Shown here: positions 8,904-18,791 of the stretch, one piece after another
Layout: each line of letters starts with the position of its first letter
Numbering within the stretch: position 1 is the stretch's first letter
NCBI GenBank assembly: GCA_964505415.1
Contig: CAZDHW010000004.1
Span: 5,051 to 69,050, forward strand
Direction: 5' to 3'
Length of the DNA stretch: 64,000 nt
Origin: an uncultured bacterium
GTDB lineage: Bacteria > Hydrothermota > Tepidihabitantia > Tepidihabitantales > DTDR01
The notes under the pieces: generated by a model
What the model was told of the DNA's origin: nothing
The model's database searches: none
What the model saw: only the letters and a program-made list of their open reading frames with translations
Program-made: the position numbers and the translations under genes

Positions 8904-10236
8904 TTTTAATAAAATTTTATTTTTCTTTTTTCTAATTTTTCAGGCCCTTGCCTTAATAATTTGTTTTCAATATGATTTGATTTATTCTTTACCAATAATT
9001 TCCATTTTTTTAATTTTGCTTTTTTTTATTTTAGGTCAAAATCGTTTAAAAATTCTTTTGATTTTTACTATCTTATTGGCTTCCATTTTACCAAGGCCAA
9101 CTTCGCGGAAATTATTTTTTTTAAGGTTAGAAGAAATTCCCTTTATTTTGCTTCTTTTTTTAACCATTCTGGCATTTGAAAGAAAAGAGAGGTATCATTT
9201 GAAGACAAAAAGTGATTACTTATTGTTAAGCTTTCTTTTATTAACTTTTTTTTCTTTATTTTACGGAATTCTTCTGGGTAATCCGATTTTCCGAGCTTTT
9301 GATGATTTTTTGATTCTTTTTTATTATGCCTTTTATTTTTTGGTATTAATTTATTTTCAAGAAGAAAAATGGCAAAAGATTTTGGTTATTACGATTATTG
9401 TTGTTTCTGTTTTAGTCTCTCTGGAATATGTTCTTCCCTTTCTGCTTACTTTTCAAATTAAAAGATATGCTACTGATCAGCAGCATCTTTTTAACCTTGG
9501 TTATCCTTTATTATTTTCTTACATTCTTCTTGGCAAAAAAACAAAATATAAAATATTGGCTTTCCTTTCTTTAATTTTAATGACCTTGGCAGTCATAATT
9601 TCGCTTACCCGGGCTTTATGGTTTTCCATTCCTTTTTCTCTTTTTATAATTTTTTTTATCTATCTTTGGAAAGAGAAAAAAAAGCCAATGACAAAAATCT
9701 TTTTTATTCTTTCAGTAATTTTTCTATATTTTTTGATTTTTAACTTTTTATTTAAAAAAGAAGGTTTTCAAAAATTTTTGGCAGTGCGGGGGATTTCTCA
9801 AAGGGCCACAAGAATAAGTCGAGATCTTTCGCTTATTGAAAGGTTACTTTCTGCTCAATATATTCTTAAAAAATTTAAGCAAAATCCTATTTTAGGGATC
9901 GGTTTTGGCGATGTTCATCCGACAGTTATTCCTTGGAAAAAGAAATTGGAATTTTCCTGGATGGATTGTTTATTCTTAAACCTTTTATGGAAAATGGGTG
10001 TTACTGGTTTAATAATATTTCTTTTAATCTATTGTTTTTTCTTTAAAAATATTTTTAAGGTAATAAAATTGCCTAAGGATAATTTTCAATATTGGTTTAG
10101 CATAGGGGTTTTATCCTCTTTTGTTTCTTTATTATTAATAAGTATTACTTCCGGAGTTTTATTAATTTATCGTTTTAATTTTGTTTGGGCTTCATTGCTT
10201 GCTCTTTTTAATTTATGGTCACAACAAACCTCTTAA
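8857..10236 (+). CDS. O-antigen ligase/polymerase-like (Wzy_C family) membrane protein
   Basis: 459 aa, polytopic. Contains SLTRALWFSIP and GIGFG...LFLNLLWKMGVTGL, resembling the Wzy_C loop. The start is uncertain: the only ATG overlaps wecB by 47 nt. Confidence 0.6.
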   Translation: MATEIKNQNLLLTEINFNKILFFFFLIFQALALIICFQYDLIYSLPIISIFLILLFFILGQNRLKILLIFTILLASILPRPTSRKLFFLRLEEIPFILLLFLTILAFERKERYHLKTKSDYLLLSFLLLTFFSLFYGILLGNPIFRAFDDFLILFYYAFYFLVLIYFQEEKWQKILVITIIVVSVLVSLEYVLPFLLTFQIKRYATDQQHLFNLGYPLLFSYILLGKKTKYKILAFLSLILMTLAVIISLTRALWFSIPFSLFIIFFIYLWKEKKKPMTKIFFILSVIFLYFLIFNFLFKKEGFQKFLAVRGISQRATRISRDLSLIERLLSAQYILKKFKQNPILGIGFGDVHPTVIPWKKKLEFSWMDCLFLNLLWKMGVTGLIIFLLIYCFFFKNIFKVIKLPKDNFQYWFSIGVLSSFVSLLLISITSGVLLIYRFNFVWASLLALFNLWSQQTS

Positions 10237-12074
10237 TAATTTTAAGCTTATTTTTTCCCGGCCTCTTTTTACTTTTTTTAAAAAAAGTAGAAGAAGATTT
10301 TCTATTAAAATTTATTTTAATAATAAGTTTCTCTTTTAGTTATTGGATAATTACTTTTTGGCTTCTTTATTTTTCTATTTTTAAATATTGGCTATTAATA
10401 AGTATAATCTCTTCAATCTTTTTGGCTTTATTTCTTTTTTATAAAAATAAAAAATTAAAAATTGAAATAGATCATATTTTATTTTTCTTTTTTATAATTT
10501 TCGGTTTTTTCCGTTTTATTCCGATGTTTTTAAATGAAGCCGCTCCCGGGGGAGATATCACAATGCATACTTATAATACTCTTTTAATTACTATCTGGCA
10601 AAAAATACCCGAAGATTATCAACCGATTTTTAATATGAAGGGTTTTGGAGCCCAGCCGCAAGGGTTTAGTATTCTTTCAGCAATATTTTCTTTTTTAGGC
10701 AAGATACCTCCTTATAAAGCAACCTTTTTTCTTTCTTGTTTTACTTATTTTTTACTTCTTGGCGGATTTTATGCTTTACTACGGACTCGGTTTGATAGCC
10801 AAGTTGCTTTTTTAACAGCTAGTATCATTACCTTTTTTTGCCGGGGGCACCAGAATTTCTATTTATGGGGAGGTACACCGACGATTCTGGCTTTCTTTTT
10901 TTCTCTGCTCAGCTATTATTTTTTCATCAAAGAAATCGAAAACCCCACCTTATCTTTTTTTAGAATTTTTCTTTTAGCCTTTTTAATTTCTGCGGGATTT
11001 TTAACCCATTTTATTCCAATGGCAGTTTTTATTTTAATATTGATTGTTATTACTTTATATAAATTAATTACTATTGCTAACAAAAGAAATTTAGTAGTTA
11101 AAATTATTTTTACGGGGATATTAATTTTTATTTTTTCTTTACCTTATTTTATAGTATTTAAAAAGGTTAATACTTCGGAAAAAGAATGGCAAGTAATTTT
11201 TGATTGGAATGTTTATTTATGGAAATATGAGTTTCTTTCTCAATTTATTCCTCACAAATTAAAATTTCTTTGGGTATTTATAAAAATAATTTATACGACG
11301 GGAATATTGCCATTTATTTTAGCATTGATGGGAATGATTTCCTTAATAAAAAAGAAAAAATTCTACGAAGAAATTTTTCTTTCTTTTTTCACAATAATTA
11401 CAATTCTTTGCTTTAATCTTTTTTGGAAAATAAAATTGACACAGATTTTTTATCCTGAAAGAACTTCCTTATATTTTTTGTTTCCTTTTGGGCTGCTTAT
11501 TGGCGAATTTCTTTCTCAATTAAATCAAAGAAGTTTTAAGAAATATTTGTTGTATTTTTGTTTATTTCTTTTTTTCAATTTAGCTATTCTTTCTCCATTT
11601 TTATCAAAGAAGGGAGAAAAAACTTTTTTAAAAAAAATTATTAGAAGCCTTTTAGCCGAAGAGTTTTATAAATATCTTTTTGTGAAAGATAATTATTCGC
11701 TTACTAAAAATGATTTAGAAGCTTTTCTTTGGATAAAAAATAACTGTCCTGATGGCATAATTCTGACAAATTATTCTGATGGTGGAGTATGGCTGCCAGC
11801 AATTTTAGGAAGACCGAGCTATTTAGCTCATATCGTTTTTAATCTTTTTGATGAATATGAAAAATTTATTAAAAATACTCCTGTTGAAGAATTTAAATAT
11901 CTTTATATCGGTTCAAAAAATGTGGGGGAAAATATATTTTTTACTAAAAAGATTTTAGAAAAAGAAAATAAAAAAGTAGAAAAAATATATGAAAAAGGCG
12001 GAGTTTCTATTTATAAAATAAAAGAACCTTCTTATTTCTTGGAAAGAATCTTTCTTCATCGTCTTCCTAATTGA
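10215..12074 (+). CDS. Large polytopic membrane protein with C-terminal soluble domain (GT-C-like topology; function unknown)
   Basis: 619 aa with at least 10 hydrophobic helices. Has a loop motif APGGDITMHTY and a C-terminal segment LEAFLWIKNNCPDGIILTNYSDGGVWLPAILGRP. Lies within the polysaccharide locus. Confidence 0.45.
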   Translation: MVTTNLLIILSLFFPGLFLLFLKKVEEDFLLKFILIISFSFSYWIITFWLLYFSIFKYWLLISIISSIFLALFLFYKNKKLKIEIDHILFFFFIIFGFFRFIPMFLNEAAPGGDITMHTYNTLLITIWQKIPEDYQPIFNMKGFGAQPQGFSILSAIFSFLGKIPPYKATFFLSCFTYFLLLGGFYALLRTRFDSQVAFLTASIITFFCRGHQNFYLWGGTPTILAFFFSLLSYYFFIKEIENPTLSFFRIFLLAFLISAGFLTHFIPMAVFILILIVITLYKLITIANKRNLVVKIIFTGILIFIFSLPYFIVFKKVNTSEKEWQVIFDWNVYLWKYEFLSQFIPHKLKFLWVFIKIIYTTGILPFILALMGMISLIKKKKFYEEIFLSFFTIITILCFNLFWKIKLTQIFYPERTSLYFLFPFGLLIGEFLSQLNQRSFKKYLLYFCLFLFFNLAILSPFLSKKGEKTFLKKIIRSLLAEEFYKYLFVKDNYSLTKNDLEAFLWIKNNCPDGIILTNYSDGGVWLPAILGRPSYLAHIVFNLFDEYEKFIKNTPVEEFKYLYIGSKNVGENIFFTKKILEKENKKVEKIYEKGGVSIYKIKEPSYFLERIFLHRLPN

Positions 12075-13165
12075 TGCATAATATTTAAAATCTTTTCAGC
12101 CGATTTTTTAAAAGAGAAGATTTTGGCTCGCTCTTTACTTTTTTCGGAAAGTTCCTTTTGTAAAGAAGGAGAAGCGATTATATTTTTAATTTGGTTAGCT
12201 AATTCTTCTTCATCATAAGGAGAAAAATACAAAACTGCATCACCGCCTACTTCTGGCAAGCTAGAGGTATTAGAGGTGATTACCGGTATACCGCAACTCA
12301 TTGCTTCTAATACCGGTAAGCCAAAGCCTTCGTATAAAGAGGGGTAGACAAATAAAGTAGCAGCATTATAAAAATAGCATAAGTCTTCGTCTGATACTGA
12401 GAAAAAGAAAATAACCCTTCTTTCTAAATTTAATTTTTTTACCAATTGAAAGATTTCCTTATTTTTCCATCCTTTTTGCCCAATAATTATCAATAAAAAA
12501 TCTTCTTTAATGTTTTTAAAAGCTTTTATTAAAAGAGAGTAATTTTTTCTTGGCTGGATTGCCCCCACACTTAAAATAAAATCTTTTTCTATTCCATATT
12601 TTTCTTTTATCTTTTTTTTAGCAAAATCTTTATCTAAAGGTCGAAAAATTTCTTCCGCTCCTTCGTAAACGACACTTATTTTTTGAGGAGATATTCCCAA
12701 AGTGATTAAACTTTGGCGCACAAAATTTGAAGGGGTTAAAATATGAGTAGCTAAGCGGATTGCTTTAAAAAATAATGTCCGGATAATTAAAAAAGAACGA
12801 AAAGGAAGTGTTCGATAGATATAATAGAAGGATAAATCGTGGACCGTTAATAATGTGGGAATTTTTTTGGCTAATCTGAAAGGCAGAATATGGTTTTGCC
12901 CCCAAAAGATCTCAATTTTATCTTGGAATAGATATTTCTCTCCTTCTAATTGAAACCAAAAGGAGCCCAAATTTTTTGTTAAATTTTTCCCTAATCTTAG
13001 GGTAAGATTTTCGCTTTTAGGTAAAAAAGAAGGTTTTTTGGGGGAATAGAGAAAAAACACATCTTCTTTAGCCGTGTTTATTAAATTTATTAAAATATTT
13101 TTAAGATACCGAAAAATACCTGCTTGAGGGAAACGAAAAATGCTACCATCAATGCCAATTTTCAT
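12056..13165 (-). CDS. Glycosyltransferase family 4 (GT-B)
   Basis: 369 aa. Carries the EGFGLPVLEAMSCGIPVITSNTSSLPEV (E-x7-E) signature. Confidence 0.85.
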   Translation of the reverse strand: MKIGIDGSIFRFPQAGIFRYLKNILINLINTAKEDVFFLYSPKKPSFLPKSENLTLRLGKNLTKNLGSFWFQLEGEKYLFQDKIEIFWGQNHILPFRLAKKIPTLLTVHDLSFYYIYRTLPFRSFLIIRTLFFKAIRLATHILTPSNFVRQSLITLGISPQKISVVYEGAEEIFRPLDKDFAKKKIKEKYGIEKDFILSVGAIQPRKNYSLLIKAFKNIKEDFLLIIIGQKGWKNKEIFQLVKKLNLERRVIFFFSVSDEDLCYFYNAATLFVYPSLYEGFGLPVLEAMSCGIPVITSNTSSLPEVGGDAVLYFSPYDEEELANQIKNIIASPSLQKELSEKSKERAKIFSFKKSAEKILNIMHQLGRR

Positions 13166-14315
13166 TTTTAATAAATTTTAAAAGAGTATCAACTCTTTTT
13201 CGCCAAGTATGATTTTTTAATATATAATCTTTTCTTTGTTGACACAAAACAGGATTATTTTCTTTTAAAGCAATTTTTATTTTCTCAATAAATTCTTTTT
13301 CGTCTCTCCCCACATAAATTAAATCTTTTAAATAATTATCACTTTGCCATTCAATGGTTGAAATGACAGGCTTCCCTAATGCTAAATATTCATAAAGTTT
13401 TATTGGGTCGGCTTTATAGGAAACCTTTTCTTTTTTAAAAGGTATTATACAAATATCAAAAATATTTATCCATAAAGGAATGGAAGAATAAGGCTGAGCA
13501 CCCAAGAGTAAAATATTAGAATATTTAGATAATTTTTGGACACCCTTGCCTTTATGAGGACCAATTAAAATAAAAGTAGCATCAGGAAAATTTTGCAAGC
13601 ATTTTTCAATCAAATCTAAATCAACCCATTGGAAAAGGGAACCAATAAAACCAATAACAGGTTTTTTTAGATTTTTTTCTACTTGAAAATTTTCTGATTC
13701 TAAAGGTAAAATTAAACTCCATTCTTCAGGAACGCCGTTAGGAAGAAATAAAATTTTTAAAAAGGGATATTTCTTTTTTAACTCGTTTTCAATTTCTTTA
13801 CTTACTGCTAAACTAAGTTTTACTTTTTTTAAAAACATTTCTTCCAATTTTTCATAATACATTCTTATTTTTTTATAGGGATAAAAAACTTCTAAATCAT
13901 CTGCTCGGTCGTAAATAATGGTAACGGAGTTGTCCATCACTTTTTTTAATGTCCAAAACCATAATAAATTATTTACAAAGATAATACTTTTTTTAAAAAT
14001 ACTTTTAAATCTATTAAAAATTAAAGGAAGGAATAAGGTATAGTTAATTCGGTGAAAGGAGAGAAATCGCCGAGGAAAATAAACAGGAAAAGAAAATACT
14101 TCAATACCAGAGAGATGATAATGGGTAATTTTTAAAATATCAAAAAATTTTTGGGAGATATTTTTTTTCTCTTCAAAATAACGATAAAAAATTGGTGATA
14201 AAGCAAAATAAAAAACCTTATAACCTCTTTTTTTAATTTCCTTAGCTAAAAACCAAGGTCGACCAACAATTTTATTCTGAGGAGGTAATTCACAGAAAAA
14301 AATAAAATTTTTCAT
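13149..14315 (-). CDS. Glycosyltransferase (GT-B fold, GT1/GT4-like)
   Basis: 388 aa. C-terminal PIKLYEYLALGKPVIST motif. Overlaps both neighbours in the same operon. Confidence 0.65.
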   Translation of the reverse strand: MKNFIFFCELPPQNKIVGRPWFLAKEIKKRGYKVFYFALSPIFYRYFEEKKNISQKFFDILKITHYHLSGIEVFSFPVYFPRRFLSFHRINYTLFLPLIFNRFKSIFKKSIIFVNNLLWFWTLKKVMDNSVTIIYDRADDLEVFYPYKKIRMYYEKLEEMFLKKVKLSLAVSKEIENELKKKYPFLKILFLPNGVPEEWSLILPLESENFQVEKNLKKPVIGFIGSLFQWVDLDLIEKCLQNFPDATFILIGPHKGKGVQKLSKYSNILLLGAQPYSSIPLWINIFDICIIPFKKEKVSYKADPIKLYEYLALGKPVISTIEWQSDNYLKDLIYVGRDEKEFIEKIKIALKENNPVLCQQRKDYILKNHTWRKRVDTLLKFIKNENWH

Positions 14316-15640
14316 AGAAGTTTGTAGAAGATTATAATTACAATTAAGTTTAAAATCAAGATTTTTAAAATAAAAAGAGGTTTTTTTAAAAGATTTCTAA
14401 AATAAATTATCATCAAAAAAGCTTGAAAAAAGTAAGCGATATAAAAACTTATTCCCGCACCTAAGGCTCCCCATTTATAATTAAAAAGAAAAAAAACTCC
14501 AACAAGCAGAAAGAACCACAAACCATTAAAAAATGTTGCTAACCACATTTTTCCTGTTCCGGTTAAATAATAACCAAAGATATAACCAATACTTGCTGGA
14601 ATAATTGACCCAATAACAAAAAGAAATGCTTTTATTGCTGGTAGATAATCTTTGCCAAAAATTAAAAAAATAATCTTTGACGAAAAACTAAAAATTAAAA
14701 TAAGTAAGAATAAAAATAAAAAATTTAAATAGTTAATAATTTTACTTAAAAAAAATTTAATCTTTTCTAGGTTATTAACTTCTTCAGCAATTGTTGGTGT
14801 TAAGGGCATACCGATAGCAATCGGGATAAATAATAAAAATTGGAAAAAAGTGTTGGTTATATTAAAATAAGCTACTTCCGAGAAATTTTTTACAATTGCT
14901 AATTTGGTATTGATTAACCATAAAGCCGGAACCATTACTAAGCCGGATAAAAAGGTAGGGAAAGAAAGGTTGATAATATTTTTAACAATGGGTAGTTGGA
15001 AAGCTGTTTTTAATAAATCAAATTTTTTGATGGTAATTAAAAAAAGAATCACCCCTAAGAGATTGGCAAGGGTAAGAGCAATAATAGCGCCCACTAATTC
15101 GTATCGATGAGCAAAAATGAAGATCAAAGGAAAACTTACTAAATTATAAATTACAGTGATTAAAGAAATATGTTTTATTGCTTTTAACCCTTGAAGAACT
15201 CCGGTCCAAAAATTATTAAAAGTAATGAAAAAAAGTAAAAAAATTATTAAACGAAAATATTTCAATAAAAATGGTTTCTGATAAATGTTATAAGCTAAGG
15301 GAATGCTGATAAAAAAATAGATAAAAATAATAAATGAAGAGATTAAAATAATTAAAACTTGGGCTGTTCCATAGGTTTTTTCTAAAATTTTTTTTTCATT
15401 TTTTGTTTGAGCAATAAATTTGGTGATAATTGTGGGTATGCCAAAGCCCATAAAAAAAGTTAAAAGATTTATTAATTGGTTGATTAACGAATAAATGCCA
15501 AATTTTTCGCTTAATAAAAATCGAGCTAAATAAATACTATTTAAAGCGGTTATAAACCGGACAATAATTAGAGAAGTAAAATATTGAAGACTTTGAAAAA
15601 AAATTTTTTTAAGATCCCTAAGACTTTCATCTTTTAGCAT
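14312..15640 (-). CDS. Polysaccharide flippase (Wzx, MOP superfamily)
   Basis: 442 aa with about 12 TM helices. The N-terminal region resembles a polysaccharide biosynthesis protein. Context is GT genes. Confidence 0.75.
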   Translation of the reverse strand: MLKDESLRDLKKIFFQSLQYFTSLIIVRFITALNSIYLARFLLSEKFGIYSLINQLINLLTFFMGFGIPTIITKFIAQTKNEKKILEKTYGTAQVLIILISSFIIFIYFFISIPLAYNIYQKPFLLKYFRLIIFLLFFITFNNFWTGVLQGLKAIKHISLITVIYNLVSFPLIFIFAHRYELVGAIIALTLANLLGVILFLITIKKFDLLKTAFQLPIVKNIINLSFPTFLSGLVMVPALWLINTKLAIVKNFSEVAYFNITNTFFQFLLFIPIAIGMPLTPTIAEEVNNLEKIKFFLSKIINYLNFLFLFLLILIFSFSSKIIFLIFGKDYLPAIKAFLFVIGSIIPASIGYIFGYYLTGTGKMWLATFFNGLWFFLLVGVFFLFNYKWGALGAGISFYIAYFFQAFLMIIYFRNLLKKPLFILKILILNLIVIIIFYKLL

Positions 15641-15671
15641 AAATTTTTAAATTATAAAAAAGAAGGATTAC

Positions 15672-15700
15672 TTTTCAATAAACAGGAATTTTGTTATAAT
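15672..15700 (+). promoter_or_regulatory. Candidate promoter of nadE (extended -10)
   Basis: Weak -35 TTTTCA (15672-15677), 17-nt spacer, then TGtTATAAT (15692-15700). The start codon TTG 15705 / GTG 15708 follows within 4-7 nt. Confidence 0.4.
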
Positions 15701-15704
15701 TATT

Positions 15705-16631
15705 TTGGTGACCAAAGAAACTCTTTTGGAAGCCTTAGCAATTGACTGTCCAAAGATATTTTTAGGTTTAAAAGATTTTATTAAAAAATGTTATAAAGAT
15801 TTTAAAAAGAACGGCATAGTTTTGGGATTAAGTGGAGGTATTGATTCTTCAGTAGTTGCTTATCTTTGTAAGGAGGCAATAGGTAAAGAAAATGTTTTAG
15901 CTTTAATTATGCCGGAAAAGGAAAGTGATTTTAATAACTTTCAGGATGCCTGTTTTTGGGCAGAAGAATTAGGAATTAAATATAAAATTATCTTTCTCAC
16001 TAAGTATTTAAAAAATTTTAATATCTACGATTTATTTTTTCTTAACAAATTAATAATTCCTGAAAGATTGAAACCAATGGTCGTGAAAAAATTATCCCGC
16101 TTGTATGCTAAGATAACTGATGAACCAGTTTTCAATATCAATTTTAAAAATGATAAACTTTTGAGAAAAATAAATGCCTATTATCGTTTTAAACATCGTT
16201 TGAGAATGATAATTATCTATCTTTTTGCTGATTTAGAAAATCGGTTGGTTGTTGGTTGTACTAACAAAACTGAGTATCTTATTGGTTTTTTTGTTAATTA
16301 TGGTTGTGATGATGCTAGTGATATAATGCCGCTTTTATCTTTATACAAAACCCAAGTGAAAACATTGGCTAAGTATTTAGGATTGCCTAATAGATTAATT
16401 GAGAAAAAACCTTCGCCTGATATTATTCCGGGAATTTTTGATGAAGAAATTATTGGCATTGATTACGAAATATTAGACTTAATTTTATTAGGAATAGAAA
16501 AAGGGTTAAGTATCTCTCAAATTAGCAGTCTCCTGAACGTTGAAGAGAAAAAGGTAGAATATGTTTTTGATTTATTTATAAAATCAAAACCTTTACGGCT
16601 AAAGTCGATAAGCTATGGAAATCATAATTAA
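15705..16631 (+). CDS. nadE: NAD+ synthetase (NH3-dependent type, PP-loop ATPase)
   Basis: 308 aa. PP-loop GLSGGIDSSVVAYLC; later CTNKTEYLIGFFVNYGCDDASDIMPL and PSPDI motifs. Uses a non-ATG (TTG/GTG) start. Confidence 0.8.
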   Translation: MVTKETLLEALAIDCPKIFLGLKDFIKKCYKDFKKNGIVLGLSGGIDSSVVAYLCKEAIGKENVLALIMPEKESDFNNFQDACFWAEELGIKYKIIFLTKYLKNFNIYDLFFLNKLIIPERLKPMVVKKLSRLYAKITDEPVFNINFKNDKLLRKINAYYRFKHRLRMIIIYLFADLENRLVVGCTNKTEYLIGFFVNYGCDDASDIMPLLSLYKTQVKTLAKYLGLPNRLIEKKPSPDIIPGIFDEEIIGIDYEILDLILLGIEKGLSISQISSLLNVEEKKVEYVFDLFIKSKPLRLKSISYGNHN

Positions 16632-17709
16632 TGGTCGTTTTTTGACCCAAAAGATTACCGGAGTCCAAAGATATGCCCAGCAATTGGTGAAAGAAATTGA
16701 CCGGCTTTATGAGAAAGAAGAAATAATTAAAAAACGCTTTCAGTTTAAAATCCTTGCTCCCAAAAGTATTATTCACCATTTGGAATTGAAACATATTCCA
16801 ATAAAAAAAATCGGTTTTCTAAAGGGACATTTTTGGGAGCAGTTAGTGTTGCCCTTTTATCTTAAAAATAGAATTCTTCTTTGTTTAGGAAATACTGCTC
16901 CTTTATTGACGTTGTTTTTTAACAAAAAAGTTATTGTAACGGTTCACGATTTAGGTTTCAAATATTTTCCTAAAAATTATCGTTTTCTTTTTCGCACTTT
17001 TTATTCAATAATCATTCCTTTAATTTTAAAATATGCCTGGGCAATTATTACCGATTCCCAAAGTGAAAAAGAAAAAATTATTAAGAGATATTATTTTGTA
17101 AAAGAAAAAATTTTTGCTATTCCTCAGGGAGGTTTTAGTGAAGAATTAAAAGCCTTTGATATTAGAGAAAAAAATTATCTTCTTTATGTTGGCTCTTTAA
17201 GCAAAAAGAAAAATTTTAATGGTTTTCTTTCGGCTTTGGAAATAATTGTGAAAAAAAAATTACCATTAAAAGCAATAGCGATTATTTCTCAGAATGATAT
17301 TTTTGAAGAAATAGCCATTGATTTAAAACCGGGAATTAAAGAGCGGATTAAGATTATTCACCAGGTAAGCGATGAAGAATTAATGGGTTATTATAAAAAT
17401 GCCTTTTTATTTGTTTTTCCTTCTTTTCACGAAGGTGCCGGCATCCCTCCGATTGAAGCCATGAGTTGTGGCTGCCCAGTTATTTGTTCCGACATTCCTT
17501 CTTTAAGAGAACGCTGCGGGGAAGCTGCTCTTTATTTTAACCCTTATTCACCAGAAGATATTGCCCAAAAAATCATCTTATTATGGGAAAATGAAGAACT
17601 CCGCAAAAGTTTGATAGAAAAAGGGTTGGAAAGGGCCAAAATCTTTTCGTGGGAAAATACTGCTAAACAAACATTAAAGATTTTGGAAAAAGTAATATAC
17701 AAAAAATGA
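16615..17709 (+). CDS. Glycosyltransferase family 4
   Basis: 364 aa. Carries the HEGAGIPPIEAMSCGCPVICSDIPSLRE signature. Confidence 0.85.
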   Translation: MEIIINGRFLTQKITGVQRYAQQLVKEIDRLYEKEEIIKKRFQFKILAPKSIIHHLELKHIPIKKIGFLKGHFWEQLVLPFYLKNRILLCLGNTAPLLTLFFNKKVIVTVHDLGFKYFPKNYRFLFRTFYSIIIPLILKYAWAIITDSQSEKEKIIKRYYFVKEKIFAIPQGGFSEELKAFDIREKNYLLYVGSLSKKKNFNGFLSALEIIVKKKLPLKAIAIISQNDIFEEIAIDLKPGIKERIKIIHQVSDEELMGYYKNAFLFVFPSFHEGAGIPPIEAMSCGCPVICSDIPSLRERCGEAALYFNPYSPEDIAQKIILLWENEELRKSLIEKGLERAKIFSWENTAKQTLKILEKVIYKK

Positions 17710-18791
17710 AAGTAGCTATTATCCACGATTGGCTTACTGGTATGCGAGGAGGCGAAAAGGTTTTAGAAGTTTTTTGTGAAATTTTTCCCAATGCCACTCT
17801 TTATACTTTGGTTTATTTTAAAGAAAAAATCTCACCCATTATTAATCAAATGAAAATTGTAACCTCTTTTCTTCAGAAATTTCCTAATATCGAAAAAAAT
17901 TATCGTTATTATTTACCTTTAATGCCGATGATAATTGAACAATTTAATCTAAAAGATTACGATTTAATTATCTCTTCCAGCCACTGCGTTGCCAAAGGAA
18001 TTAAAAAATCAAAAACCCAAATCCATATCTGCTATTGTCATAGTCCCATGAGATATGTTTGGGATATGTTTGATGAATATTTTAAAAAAGCAAAAATAAT
18101 TACTAAATTGGGAGCCCATATTTTTCGTCCCTATCTTAAAAATTGGGATAGAAAAAGTTCCGAAAGGGTTGATTACTTTATCGCCAATTCAAAAAATATT
18201 GCTAACAAAATTAAAAAGTATTATAAAAAAGAAGCTACTATTATCTATCCGCCAGTGGATACTGATTTTTACCAATTTTTAAATTTTAAAAGAGATAATT
18301 TTTTTCTTATTGTTTCGGCTTTAGTGCCTTATAAAAAAGTTGATTTAGCCATTAATGTTTTTAACAAATTAAGGTTACCATTAAAAATTGTTGGTACCGG
18401 TCCGGAAGAAAAAAAATTAAAATCAATGGCAAAAGAGAATATTGAATTTTTAGGTTGGCAACCCGAGGAAAAACTTTTAGAATATTATAATAAATGTCAA
18501 GCATTGATCTTTCCTCAAGAAGAAGATTTAGGAATTGTCCCTTTAGAAGCTCAGGCCTGTGGCACACCAGTTATTGCTTATAAAAAAGGTGGTGCTTTAG
18601 AGACAATAATTGAAAATGAAACTGGGTTGTTTTTCTATCCTCAGACCGAAGAAGCCTTAATGGCAAAGATTAAAGAATTTGAAAAATCAAATTTTTCTCC
18701 AGAAAAATGCCGAAAGAATGCTTTAAGATTTACCAAAAAAAGGTTTTATTTTGAAATTAAAGAATTTATCAATCAGCACGTTAGCTTATAA
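17706..18791 (+). CDS. Glycosyltransferase family 4
   Basis: 361 aa. N-terminal MKVAIIHDWLTGMRGGEKV and EEDLGIVPLEAQACGTPVIAYKKGGALETI. Confidence 0.85.
   Translation: MKVAIIHDWLTGMRGGEKVLEVFCEIFPNATLYTLVYFKEKISPIINQMKIVTSFLQKFPNIEKNYRYYLPLMPMIIEQFNLKDYDLIISSSHCVAKGIKKSKTQIHICYCHSPMRYVWDMFDEYFKKAKIITKLGAHIFRPYLKNWDRKSSERVDYFIANSKNIANKIKKYYKKEATIIYPPVDTDFYQFLNFKRDNFFLIVSALVPYKKVDLAINVFNKLRLPLKIVGTGPEEKKLKSMAKENIEFLGWQPEEKLLEYYNKCQALIFPQEEDLGIVPLEAQACGTPVIAYKKGGALETIIENETGLFFYPQTEEALMAKIKEFEKSNFSPEKCRKNALRFTKKRFYFEIKEFINQHVSL

Noticed and set aside
8857-12074. Possibility that ORFs 8857-10236 and 10215-12074 are one gene split by a frameshift (a pseudogene)
   Set aside because: The first ORF ends after a complete Wzy_C-like architecture. 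The second begins with its own ATG and N-terminal TM helix. 22-nt overlaps are common throughout this window, and I saw no homopolymer slip site at the junction.
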